From NCBI RefSeq assembly GCF_006345805.1, contig NC_043000.1, positions 18,600,001-18,664,000 of the forward strand: a DNA stretch of 64,000 nt, read 5' to 3'. Positions within the stretch are counted from its first letter, which is position 1. Each line of letters starts with the position of its first letter. The notes under the pieces were generated by a model that saw nothing but the letters and a program-made list of their open reading frames with translations, searched no databases and was not told where the DNA came from. This document shows positions 50,741 through 62,809 of the stretch, in pieces. The position numbers and the translations under genes are program-made. Source of the DNA: Octopus sinensis (Eukaryota).

Positions 50741-51001
50741 GAAGCTGCTGTTTAGCGTGTGGGCTTGGCATAAGACGTAGAGAACACTTGTACTGCCGTG
50801 AAGGTGAATGTCCTTTAATAATGAGGAACTGATACTGGTGTGCTAGAATAGCTATAAGTTACGAAAGGCTGTTTGAACTGTTGCTGTAGTAACGTGCTTC
50901 CTGCAATGTAGGTTGTTGATGGCGGGTTAATTTAGTAGTCTGAATTCACTCGTCAGCAAAGATGATGAAAGATTTCTTCTCTGTGGAATGGACTTCGATT
51001 G
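50741..51001 (+). other. Candidate exon 2 of the gene driven by the 49.9-kb promoter; possible start codons at 50962 (MMKDFFSVEWTSI) or 50988 (MDFD)
   Basis: ctttgtacAG acceptor and strong TTG|gtaagc donor. Confidence 0.4.
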
Positions 51002-51044
51002 GTAAGCCATAGGAAGCATTCAGGCAATATAGGTAGATATATTA

Positions 51045-51420
51045 AGGCGGCGAGCTGGTAGAAACGTTAGCACGCCGGGCGAAATGCGTAGCCGTATTTC
51101 GTCTGCCGTTACGTTCTGAGTTCAAATTCCGCCGAGGTCGACTTTGCCTTTCATCCTTTCGGGGTCGATTAAATAAGTGCCAGTTACGCACTGGGGTCGA
51201 TATAATCGACTTAATCGTTTGTCTGTCCTTGTTTGTCCTCTCTGTGTTTAGCCCCTTGTGGGTAGTAAAGAAATAGGTATTTCGTCTGCCTTTACGTTCT
51301 GAGTTCAAATTCCGTCGAGATCGACTTTGCCTTTCATCCTTTCGGGGTCGATAAATTAAGTGCCCGTTGTGTACTGGGATCGATCTAATCGATTGGCTCC
51401 CCTCCCCCAAAATTTCGGGG
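51045..51420 (+). mobile_element. SINE-C with two tandem body units
   Basis: Head, unit, aaataggtatttcgtctgcc junction, second unit. Confidence 0.85.
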
Positions 51421-51649
51421 AAAGAAGAGAATATTTGTTCCAGCTCAGAGCGTTCAAATACCGCCAAAGTCATGAAGCCACCTTGGTAATTCATTCCATC
51501 GGAGTTGGTGAATAGAATAGCTGCTGAGGGTAGTGGAATTGCTTGGGCGTTAGATGAGAACCCTTGTGTGCGTCAAATTATTTATCTCAATGGAATTCCA
51601 TCAGACTTTGGAATCGATAGAAGCCTATGAAACTCTAAAGAACTGACAC

Positions 51650-51810
51650 ACACACACCAAATCTACTCACAAGGCTTTGGTCGGCCCGCGGCTATAGTAG
51701 AAGATACTTGCCCAAGATGCCACGCAGTGGGACTGAACCCGGAACCATGTGGTTGGTAAGTAAGTTACTTACAACACAGCCACTCCTACCCCTGAAGCTA
51801 CTCCTGCGCC
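51650..51810 (-). mobile_element. SINE-A 5' half
   Basis: Family match. Confidence 0.75.
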
Positions 51811-51814
<4 letters not shown>

Positions 51815-51880
<66 letters not shown>

Positions 51881-51989
51881 TATATACATAAATATATATA
51901 CACACACACACGTATACTTATATTCATTTGCATATTTATATGTGTATATGTAAATATATATAAAGAATGTGTGTGTGTGTGTGTATATA

Positions 51990-52067
<78 letters not shown>

Positions 52068-52110
52068 CACACACATATATATATTTACATATATACATAC
52101 TTATATGTAT
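51815..52110. repeat. (TA)n/(TG)n/(CA)n compound microsatellite
   Basis: Direct inspection. Confidence 0.95.
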
Positions 52111-52209
52111 ATGTATATATTTATAGAAATATATACCTTCTTTACTTCTGTCTTCAGCCAACAGCTGGGCTCATGCTGAATCACCATCTTTCAGTGTGTT
52201 TGGGCTTTC

Positions 52210-52470
52210 TTCCTGTGTTGGTTTTGGTGAAGCAGCGAGTTTGAACCTCCATCGCATTGAGTTCTTGTAGTGACCAGTTCAGAAGGCCGAACGTAGGCGT
52301 GAGGACATGCACTGCAACGGTGTTGTGGGCAATATGCTTGTTGTAAGCTGAGAGTTCTGATTACCGTATTCTCTTTAATCTCTTGAGGTATTCATTCCTG
52401 GTCCTCACCTTATTTATGAGTCTATCACATGAGACATTCTCATCTTATCCAAGATTCCAATAATTGTCAT
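52210..52470 (-). pseudogene. R4/Dong-like LINE post-RT fragment
   Basis: [53 protein letters not shown]. Confidence 0.65.
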
Positions 52471-52475
52471 CTGTT

Positions 52476-52822
52476 AGTTAGTTAGTAAGTTAGTTAGTTA
52501 ATTTGGCTCAAAAGCAAATAGCAAGGCCATGTAGGGGGACATGGAGTTAAGTACAGGGTGGTGTTCATGTAAAGAGTTCAGGCCACTTGAGGTCCAGGGA
52601 GGCTTTGAACAAAGCGGTCGTCGGCATCTTCACCATCTCGTCTGGCAGCTTGTTCCACGGATCCGCAACCCGGACGGAGAAAGCTCCTCTCCTTCGATTG
52701 AGATGAAATCGTCGCAGGTAGAGCTTTTCGGAATGACCCCGCAGCCGACGCTCTGGAGCAGGAGTGAAGAACAGCTCTTTCGAGAGGTTACACTTTCCGC
52801 TTATGATGTTGTGGGCGAGAAT
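52476..52822 (-). mobile_element. CR1-type LINE 3' end with (TAAC)n tail
   Basis: RLRGHSEKLYLRRFHLNRRRGAFSVRVADPWNKLPDEMVKMPTTALFKASLD* then short UTR and TAAC repeats. Confidence 0.85.
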
Positions 52823-52859
52823 GAACTAACTAACTAACAAAGCAACAAGACCTTTTGAG

Positions 52860-53560
52860 TTAAGAGAGTTCCCGGTGTTTGTAAATATGTGGATGAATTG
52901 GCATGTTGTTTGAACTGTCGATGCATACACCCAAAGTATGTGCATCTATTCACATAAGAACCTCACATGGAGAATTTCTGGAATGTCTTACAAGTCTTCA
53001 CCGTGCCACTAGCAGGTTTTTGTGTAATCTTATTGCTACATAATCTAATGCACCTATGATGGTAGGTACAAATGGCAATTTATAGTCAGGGTACAAGAGC
53101 AGTAAGTTCCGCATTAATTCGCAATAAATGTTTTCTTTTCCTCGGACATTTAATTGTATATATACACTTCTGCTAAGTAGCTGACCATTACAACAGTGCA
53201 TGACTTCTGTACTCTGTCTCATAGAACAATATCAGGACTGTTATCTTTGCACCAAATTGAGGTTTTTATTGGGGTGTTTCACCAGTACACCCCGTTTCTA
53301 AAGGTCTGAATACCTGCTGGTTCTGACATAACTTTGATGTATACATCAGAGCAGTCCTTCATACGGATAGCATTATAAATAGACTTTGCAATTATATCCT
53401 GCCTCAGGGGTAGGTAGTATCTCGTAGAGACTTTGGGGCAGTTGCTGATGATATGGGTGATATCTTCCACACTGGCATAGCAGATCCAACATTGTTTTTT
53501 TATCACAACGTGGAGGTTTGGCGGTATCTTTGTCCCTTTTGTTTATCAGGAATTTAGTAG
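52860..53560 (-). pseudogene. R4/Dong-like LINE C-terminus (CCHC finger plus RLE)
   Basis: CWICYASVEDITHIISNCPKVSTRYYLPLRQDIIAKSIY; ELMRNLLLLYPDYKLPFVPTIIGALDYV. Confidence 0.75.
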
Positions 53561-53577
53561 CTATCTCCTGTTTCTAT

Positions 53578-53995
53578 ATATGTCTGTCTGTCTGTCTGTC
53601 TGTCTGTATGTATGTATGTATGCTTGCATGTCTGTGTGTGTGTATGCATGACTGTCTATCTATCTGTCTGTCTATGTATACATACATATGTATATATGTA
53701 TGTATGTAATTATGCATGCATGCAGTGTGTGTGTATGTATGTATGTATATATGTATGTATCTGTGTGTGTATGTATGTATGTATGTATGTATGTATGTAT
53801 GTATGTATGTATGTTTGTATGTATGTATGTATGTATGTATGCATGCATACATGCATGTGTGTGTGTATGTATGACTGTCTGTCTATCAATACATACATAC
53901 ATACATACATATGTATAAATGTATGTAATTATGCATGCAGTGTGTGTGTATATGTATGTATGTATGTAGTATGTATGTATGTATGTATGTATGTA
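53578..53995. repeat. (TATG)n compound array with internal ~210-bp duplication
   Basis: Direct inspection; gcatgtctgtgtg..atgactgtct..taattatgcatgc block recurs. Confidence 0.9.
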
Positions 53996-54431
53996 AACAA
54001 TAGTGTGACGTCTAATATTCAGAGCGATTTTGAAGGATTTAGTAGTGTACCGTATATGCGAAGGTGGCGATGGTGTTGTACAAAATTATTTCCTTGATAT
54101 GAATAGCGATTGTTTTTGTTTGGGTTATTGCAGAACACTAGATTGCCATTTTCCCTTGAGATAATTTCTCCCAATATTCTAGTTTGTGGCAGTAATGTTA
54201 TCGTTATCTATATAGGTTGCATATGGGCATGAATGAATGAGTGCGCCTTATGTATCAGAATGTTATCAGAATGAAAGCATAAACTATCATTCACACACCC
54301 CGGCATGTGTGTAGTTTAGAATAGTCAAGTAGTCGATCAATTAAAAGAATTTTATAAAAGAATAAAGTTTCGTTTTCAGTTTTCCGTTACGTCATAAAGA
54401 CTGAAAGGCCAGGTACTATAGTACTTGACCT

Positions 54432-54810
54432 TTATTTCTTTTTTGCCCACAAGGGGCTAAACATAGAGGGGACAAACAAGGACAGACAAAGGGATTAAGT
54501 CGATTACATCGACCCCAGTGCGTAACTGGTACTTAATTTATCGACCCCGAAAGGATGAAAGGCAAAGTCGACCTCGGCGGAATTTGAACTCAGAACGTAA
54601 TGGCAGACGAAATACCTATTTCTTTATTACCCACAAGGGGCTAAACATAGAGGGGACAAACAAGGACAGACAAAGGGATTAAGTCGATTACATCGACCCC
54701 AGTGCGTAACTGGTACTTAATTTATCGACCCCGAAAGGATGAAAGGCAAAGTCGACCTCGGCGGAATTTGAACTCAGAACGTGCTAACGTTTCTGCCAGC
54801 TCGCCGCCTT
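54432..54810 (-). mobile_element. SINE-C with two near-identical tandem units
   Basis: Same junction; head partly deleted. Confidence 0.85.
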
Positions 54811-55159
54811 TATTACTTGACCTATTAGAGAATATCTAACGCATTGTAGTGAGAATCTAATGTGTTTTAGTGAAAGTCTAACACGTTTAAGTGAAACTCT
54901 ATCGCATTTTAATGAACATTAACGCATTTTAGTGAAAATTTAACACGCTTTAGTGAAAATCCAATAAAACGAATAGCGTTTAATTTATTAATAGATAAAT
55001 AACAATTATATTTGACTTATGCTTTACAAAATTTTCTCGTCTGAAAAACAGCAATAGTCATCAGATAATCATGTATTTCTTACGCATTGAATTATTAAAG
55101 CTTTGTCAGTGACGCTCCTACAATTTTATGCATTATATAATATATATAATATATATTAT

Positions 55160-55410
55160 CTTCACACAGACACAGACACACACACAACCACACACATGTA
55201 TGTATGTATGTATGTATGTATGTATGTATGTATGTATGTATACGACGGTCTTCTTTCAGTTTTAGTCTACCAAATCCATTCACAAAGCTTTGGTCTGGCA
55301 AAGGCTATAAAAGAATACACTTGTCCAAAATGCCAGGCAGTGGGGCTGAACCCGGAACGATGTGGTCGAGAAGCAAAGTTCTTACCACACAGCCACGCCT
55401 GCTCCTATAT
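55160..55410 (-). mobile_element. SINE-A 5' half (diverged)
   Basis: Family match. Confidence 0.65.
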
Positions 55411-55859
55411 GAATGTATTTAATAACCTGTTGGCGACCAAGTACTGCAAAATTCCTTGCAGTACTTGTTCCGGCTCCTACGTCGCGAGTTCAAACTCTGC
55501 CGAGGTCGGCTTTGTCTTTCATCCCCGCTCTCGGGTTCGATAAAATAACATAACCGTTAAGTACTGGGATCGATGTTATTGATTGAATCCCTCTCTTCAG
55601 AATTACTAGCCTTCTGTTTACATTTGAAATCGATGATTACAAAAAAATATCTATAAATTTTGCACAAGGTCAGCGATTTTTGAGGGCACAAAGGCGCCAA
55701 TTACGTCGTCTCCAGTGGATCAACAGGTACTTATTCTATCGACACCGAAAGGGTGTTAACACCGGAGGGATTTAAACTCAGAATGTGGTAATCTTTCCGG
55801 TTAGGGTGTATAAAAAAGCAAATAAAAACGAAGCCTAAATGACGGCATCTGCCCTCAGG

Positions 55860-56060
55860 AAGTGATTGTGGACCAGGAGAACTTTTAAGGGTCACACAAA
55901 TGAGGACGTCCACACGCAAAATGTGCAGAATATGTGGATGTGGGGGAAAAGAAAATTACGGCGACAGTTTGGAACGTTGGACAATTTATCTGTGTCATAT
56001 TTACACGAATTCATAAAGAGGAATTCTGCTCTTCCACCAAAGACTTTCGTTCACTTTTTG
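55860..56060 (+). pseudogene. Merlin (IS1016/IS1595-like) transposase C-terminal fragment
   Basis: IVDQENF..DVHTQNVQNMWMWGKRKLRRQFGT....SYLHEFIKR resembles the VNH..F..HTQxIExxW..K..GT..YLxEFxxR signature. Confidence 0.6.
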
Positions 56061-56242
56061 GGTGGCTATAGCCCGGGGTCTAACGTTGACTTGTTCATCC
56101 CCACCCTTATTATTTCCCCACCCCCTAAACGCCCTAAACTGAAAGATTACGTAGAGAATGTTAACAGCCAGAGGAAATGCCGCCAGCCAGCTAGCATCTT
56201 TCCCCCACCGACGCTTTGACGATGCTGTTAGCTCGTTGCCTT

Positions 56243-56277
<35 letters not shown>

Positions 56278-56397
56278 CCCTTTCTATTTTAGGCACAAGG
56301 CCTGGAATTTTTGGGGAGCGGTATATCGATTACATCGACCTAGAGTACTCAACTGAGACATATTTGATCGACTACGAGAGGAGGAAAGGTAAAATCG

Positions 56398-56570
56398 ACG
56401 ACCACCACCACGACCACCACGACCACCACCACGACCACCACCACAACCACCACCACGACCACCACCACAACCACCACCACGACCACCACCACAACCACCA
56501 CTACGACGACGACGACCACCAAACCACCACCACTACCAACAACAACAAGAAAAATAACAATAATACTAAT
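56398..56570. repeat. (CAC)/(GAC)/(AAC) trinucleotide repeat with 24-bp higher-order unit
   Basis: caccaccacgaccaccaccacaac repeated. Confidence 0.9.
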
Positions 56571-56898
56571 AATCTGGAAGGGTTTTAGTGAAATAACTTT
56601 TCTTACATTATCGAATTAGTGTTTCAAACATAACAGAAAGAGTTCATATAACAACAAAACGAGGGAACTCGAGTTTCAATCGAGTTAGTAAGTAAGGAAG
56701 GATTAGACACAATCATTTTTATACTTATTACAACCACACAAATTCGGACCCATTCATATCGTCTCTTCGTTTGTTCCCCACTTGAAAAATTATCGAAAAA
56801 TTATACATGAAAAATGGCAAATAATCAAAATACTTAGAGGAAAAATAACCGCTGTTTTTTTTCAATTCATTATAAACGAATCACATCTTCAGTGATAC

Positions 56899-56930
<32 letters not shown>

Positions 56931-57194
56931 TAATAATATATATATATATATATATATATTGAAATAAATAATTACTAAGTACATACTGAGAATAACGTCA
57001 TTTCGGAGAGACAGATGTGCACGAGGGATTTTCTCTTGGCTCTAACACTTAAAGTAAACTTTTTGTAAAGTTATCTATGAGCAAAGAGGTAATAATAGAA
57101 AAGTGGTTTTTCCCAACAAGAAAAATAAGGACAAATAAAAAAACTAGGCGTTCAAGGGAGATAACTACATTTAAATCGTATTCCGAATTAACGA

Positions 57195-57225
<31 letters not shown>

Positions 57226-57266
57226 TACTCTTTCTCACTCTTTCTCCAAACACAGCTACATACACG

Positions 57267-57302
<36 letters not shown>

Positions 57303-57462
57303 ACACAATACGCGCGTGTGTGCACAAGCAAAATGCTAGAGCTGAGTATTAAGATATTTTACCTTATTCAATTTACATCAAATTTCGATTCACACATACA
57401 CCAATTACAAAGAATATACATATATATATATATATATACATACACACACACACACATACACA

Positions 57463-57501
<39 letters not shown>

Positions 57502-57694
57502 ACATTATATATATATATTATATATATATATAGACAGTATATATGTATCACACACACACACACACACATATATATACGCAATATATATATATATATACAT
57601 ATATACATAAATGGCGGTGCCCCAGCATGGCCACAGCTCATAAGCTGAAACTAGAATCAATCAATCAATCAATATACATATATACACATAGAGT

Positions 57695-58016
57695 GAGGGC
57701 GCGTGGCTTAGTGGTTAGGGCATTCGGCTCATGATCGTAAGGTTGTGAGTTCGATTCCCGGCGACGCGTTGGGTCCTTGAGCAAGACACTTTATTTCACG
57801 TTGCTCCAGTCCACTCAGCTGGCAAAATGAGTTGTTGTACTTGTATTTCAAAGGGTCAGCCTTGTCACTCTCTGTGTCACGCTGATTATCCCCGAGAACT
57901 ACGTAAGGGTACACGTGTCTGTGGAAAGCTCAAGCCATTTGCACGTTAATTTCACGAGCAAGCTGTTCCGTTGATCGTATCAGCTGGGACCCTCGTCGTC
58001 GTAACCGGCGGAGTCT
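57695..58016 (+). mobile_element. tRNA-derived SINE with CORE-like body and SINE-B tail
   Basis: Different tRNA head (gcgtggcttagtggttagggcattcggctc..gagttcgattcc), gtccttgagcaagacact CORE-like motif, then the B tail. Confidence 0.75.
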
Positions 58017-58032
58017 TTAAGATATACACATA

Positions 58033-58080
<48 letters not shown>

Positions 58081-58316
58081 CATTATATATATATATATAT
58101 AATACATATATATAACATAACACATATATATAAATCCTTAAATCCTTAAAAATGTTTTAGCCCGAAGGCCGCGGCCATGCTGGGGCACCACCGCTGAATG
58201 AGCTACACTAGTTTGTGAATCCACCTCTGATACGTGGCACTTGATCAACAAGGGAGTTCGATGCTGCTGCCCGCATCCGCGTCTCCTGTCGTGAGGTAGG
58301 TTCATCTGGGACTCAC

Positions 58317-58406
<90 letters not shown>

Positions 58407-58560
58407 TATAGGACTGTATATATGTATCACACACACACACATATATATATATACACACAGTATATATACATTATATATATATGTGTGTGTATATATGCAT
58501 GCATATATATATGTATAAATAGATATATGAATACATGTGTATATATATGTATACATATGA
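58317..58560. repeat. (TA)n microsatellite
   Basis: Direct inspection. Confidence 0.95.
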
Positions 58561-58571
58561 GAGGGATGACC

Positions 58572-58715
58572 GCTATGTGGACAACCCTTATGCTAGAAGT
58601 AGATCCACCCTGGTCTTACCACTAAGAAATGTTCTCAAGAAAATTTAGCAGAGAACATTTCTTAGTGGTAAGACCATAGCGGATCTACTTCTAGCCTAAG
58701 GGCTGTCCACATAGT
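58572..58715. repeat. Imperfect palindrome (~65-bp arms, 14-nt loop)
   Basis: tggtcttaccactaagaaatgttctc / gagaacatttcttagtggtaagacca core is perfect. Confidence 0.8.
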
Positions 58716-58874
58716 GGACATATGTAATACAATTTTATTGAACCTTCAGATTTTAATATGCTAGACCACTGGTGTTAAATTGATGTTAATTAAATTAATA
58801 TCCAATTTCTCACCCTCATTTTAAATTTATATGTATACATATGTATATATATAAATTATATGTGTATATACAGA

Positions 58875-58964
58875 CACTTTGCACAAGTGTCTTCTACTAT
58901 AGCCTCGGTCCGACCAAAACCTTGTGAGGGAATTTAGTAGACGGAAACTGAAAGAAGCACGTCG

Positions 58965-59016
<52 letters not shown>

Positions 59017-59051
59017 ATATTTATATATTATCTATATTATATATATTGTAT

Positions 59052-59118
<67 letters not shown>

Positions 59119-59149
59119 CATACAGATATATATACATAATACATACATT

Positions 59150-59211
<62 letters not shown>

Positions 59212-59436
59212 CGTATGTATTTGTGTGTCTGTGTATATCTCCCACTATCACCTTACAACCGATGTTGGTGTGTTTACGTCTCTGTAACTTAATAGTTCGG
59301 CAAAAACACCGATAGAATAAGAAGTAGGCTAACAAAGGATACGTCCTCGGGTTGATTTGTTCGAGTTAAAAAAAAAAGGCGGTGCTTCAGCATGGCCGCA
59401 GTCAAATGACGGAAACAAGTAAAAGAATAAAGGAAT
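58875..59436 (+). mobile_element. SINE-A with internal microsatellite expanded to ~250 bp
   Basis: A body and tail flank (TA)n/(CA)n at 58965-59215. Confidence 0.75.
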
Positions 59437-59973
59437 ACATATACTTCAACGACATAGTTAACAACTCGGTGTCTTATTAAAAATATTGTAAATAAATTCG
59501 ATGCTTCACTGTTTTAACTTGACAACCTTCTGACTGAATATATTCTTTCGAATTTTTTTTTGTAAAAGACCAGCAATTTTGAAGGAAGAGGGAAGTAGCG
59601 TATATCGACTCCACTGCTCGGCCTGTACTCATTTTATCGACGTCGAAACTCAAAAACGTAAGAAATGCTACGAAGCACTTTTTCAAGCACAATAACGACT
59701 CTGCCAACTCTCTAAATTCTGGTAACTTTATAAATAATGGCGGGCTAGCGTTTGTACGCAAATCTTTTTCAAATCACATCTGTCTATTGGTTGATGTTTG
59801 TTGTAATACGTTGTGAATAATGGAAACAGTGGTGTGTACAAAATATAGAAAAATAAATGGAAAGAAAAGAAAGATTAAAATCTTTGTTATTTTTATGCAA
59901 AATTTTATTTAATTTCATTTTAAGATAAATATTTTCCTTTTGAAATGAGAATTCATTCCATCGTTTTGTATAA

Positions 59974-60679
59974 CATGCATGTATGTATGTATGTATGTAT
60001 GTATGCATGTATGTATGTATGTATGTACGCATGTATGTATGTATGTATGTATGTATGCATGTATGTATGTATGTATGTATGTATGTATGTACGCATGTAT
60101 GTATGTATGTATGTATGTATGTGTGTATGTATGTATGTATGTATGTACGTATGTATGTATGTATGTACGTATGTATGTATGTATGTATTTATGTATGTAT
60201 GTATGTATGAATGTATGTATGTATGTATGTATGTATGTATGTATGCATATATGTATGTATGTATGTACGCATGTATGTATGTATGTATGCATGTATGTAT
60301 GTGTGTATGTATGTATGTGTGTATGTATGTATGTATGTATGCATGTATGTATGTATGTATGTATGTATGCATGTATGCATGTATGTATGTATGCATGTAT
60401 GTATGTATGTATGTATGTGTGTATGTATGTATGTATGTATGTATGTACGTATGTACGTATGTATGTATGCATGTATGCATGTATGTATGTATGTATGCAT
60501 GTATGTATGTATGTATGTATGTATGTGTGTATGTATGTATGTATGCATGTATGTATGTATGCATGTATGTATGTATGTATGTATGTACGCATGTATGTAT
60601 GTATGTATGTATGTATGCATGCATGTATGTATGTATGTATGTATGCATGTATGTATGTATGTATGTATGCATGCATGTA

Positions 60680-60714
<35 letters not shown>

Positions 60715-60883
60715 GTGTATGTATGTATGTATGCATGTATGTATGTATGCATGTATGTATGTATGTATGTACGCATGTATGTATGTATGTATGTATGCAT
60801 GCATGTATGTATGTATGTATGTATGTATGCATGTATGTATGTATGTATGTATGCATGTATGTATGTATGTATGCATGCATGTA

Positions 60884-60917
<34 letters not shown>

Positions 60918-60929
60918 CATGTATGCATG

Positions 60930-60961
<32 letters not shown>

Positions 60962-60973
60962 CATGCATGTATG

Positions 60974-61007
<34 letters not shown>

Positions 61008-61461
61008 TGTACGCATGTATGTATGTATGTATGTATGTATGTATGCATGTATGCATGTATGTATGTATGTATGTATGCATATATGTATGTATGTATGTAC
61101 GCATGTATGTATGTATGTATGTATGTATGTATGCATGTATGTATGCATGTATGTATGTATGTATGTATGCATGTATGTATGTATGTATGCATGTATGTAT
61201 GTATTTATGTATGTATGTATGTGTGTATGTATGTATGTATGCATGTATGTATGTATGCATGTATGTATGTATGTATGTATGTATGCATGTATGTATGTAT
61301 GCATGTATGTATGTATGTATGTATGTATGCATGCATGTATGTATGTATGTATGCATGTATGTATGTATGTATGTATGCATATATGTATGTATGTATGTAC
61401 GCATGTATGCATGCATGTATGTATGTATGTATGTATGTATGTATGTATGTATGTATGTATG

Positions 61462-61495
<34 letters not shown>

Positions 61496-62806
61496 TGTAT
61501 GTATATATGTATGTATGCATATATGTATGTATATATGTACGCATGTATGCATGCATGTATGTATGTATGTATGTATGTATGTATGTATGTATGCATATGC
61601 ATATATGTATGTATATATGTACGCATGTATGTATGTATGTATGTATGTATGTATGTATGCTTGTATGTATGTATGTATGTATGTATGTATGCATATATGT
61701 ATGTATGTATGTACGCATGTATGTATGTATGTATGTATGTATGTATGCATGTATGTATGCATGTATGTATGTATGTATGCATGCATGTATGCATGCATGT
61801 ATGCATGTATGTATGTATGTATGTATGTATGTATGTATGTATGTATGTATGTATGTATGCATGTATGCATGTATGTATGTATGTATGTATGTATGCATGT
61901 ATGTATGTATGTATGTACGTATGTATGTATGCATGTATGCATGTATGTATGTGTGTATGTATGTATGTATGCATGTATGTATGTATGCATGTATGTATGT
62001 ATGTATGTATGTATGCATGTATGTATGTATGCATGTATGCATGCATGTATGTATGTATGCATGTATGTATGTATGTATGTATGTATGCATGTATGTATGT
62101 ATGTATGTATGCATGCATGTATGTATGTATGTATATATGTATGTATGTATGTATGCATGCATGTATGTATGTATGTATGTATATGTATGTATGATGTATG
62201 CATGTATGTATGTATGTATGCATGCATGTATGTATCTGTATTGTATGTATGTATGTATGTATGTATGTATGCATGTATGCATGTATGCATGTATATATGT
62301 AGTATGTATGTAGTATGTATGATGCATGCATGTATGTATATATGTATGTATGTATGTATTATGATGTATGTATGTATGTATGTATGTAGTATGTACGCAT
62401 GTATGTATGTATGTATGTATGTATGCATGATGCATGTATGTATGTATGTATGTATGCATGTATGTATGTATGTATGTATGCATGTATGTATGTATGCATG
62501 TATGCATGTATGCATGTATGCATGTATGTATGTATTTATGCATGTATGCATGTATGTATGTATGTATGTATGCATGTATGCATGTATGTATGTATGCATG
62601 TATGCATGTATGTATGTATGTATGCATGTATGTATGTATGTATGTATGTATGTATGTATGCATGTATGTATGTATGTATGCATGCATGCATGTATGTATA
62701 TATGCATGTATGCATGTATGTATGTATGCATGTATGCATGTATGTATGTACGTACGTATGTATGTATGTATGTATGTATGTATGTATGTATGTATGTATG
62801 TATATG
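59974..62806. repeat. ~2.8-kb (TATG)n satellite with CATG/TACG/TGTG variants
   Basis: Direct inspection. Confidence 0.97.
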
Positions 62807-62809
62807 TTC

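Noticed and set aside
52152-52265. Strong plus-strand acceptor as exon 3 of the 50-kb gene
   Set aside because: It overlaps an antisense R4-like LINE fragment, runs into a stop, and has no good donor; left unresolved.
56364-56588. His/Asp-rich 74-aa ORF (metal-binding-like)
   Set aside because: It starts inside a SINE-C fragment and is simply a CAC/GAC/AAC trinucleotide repeat.
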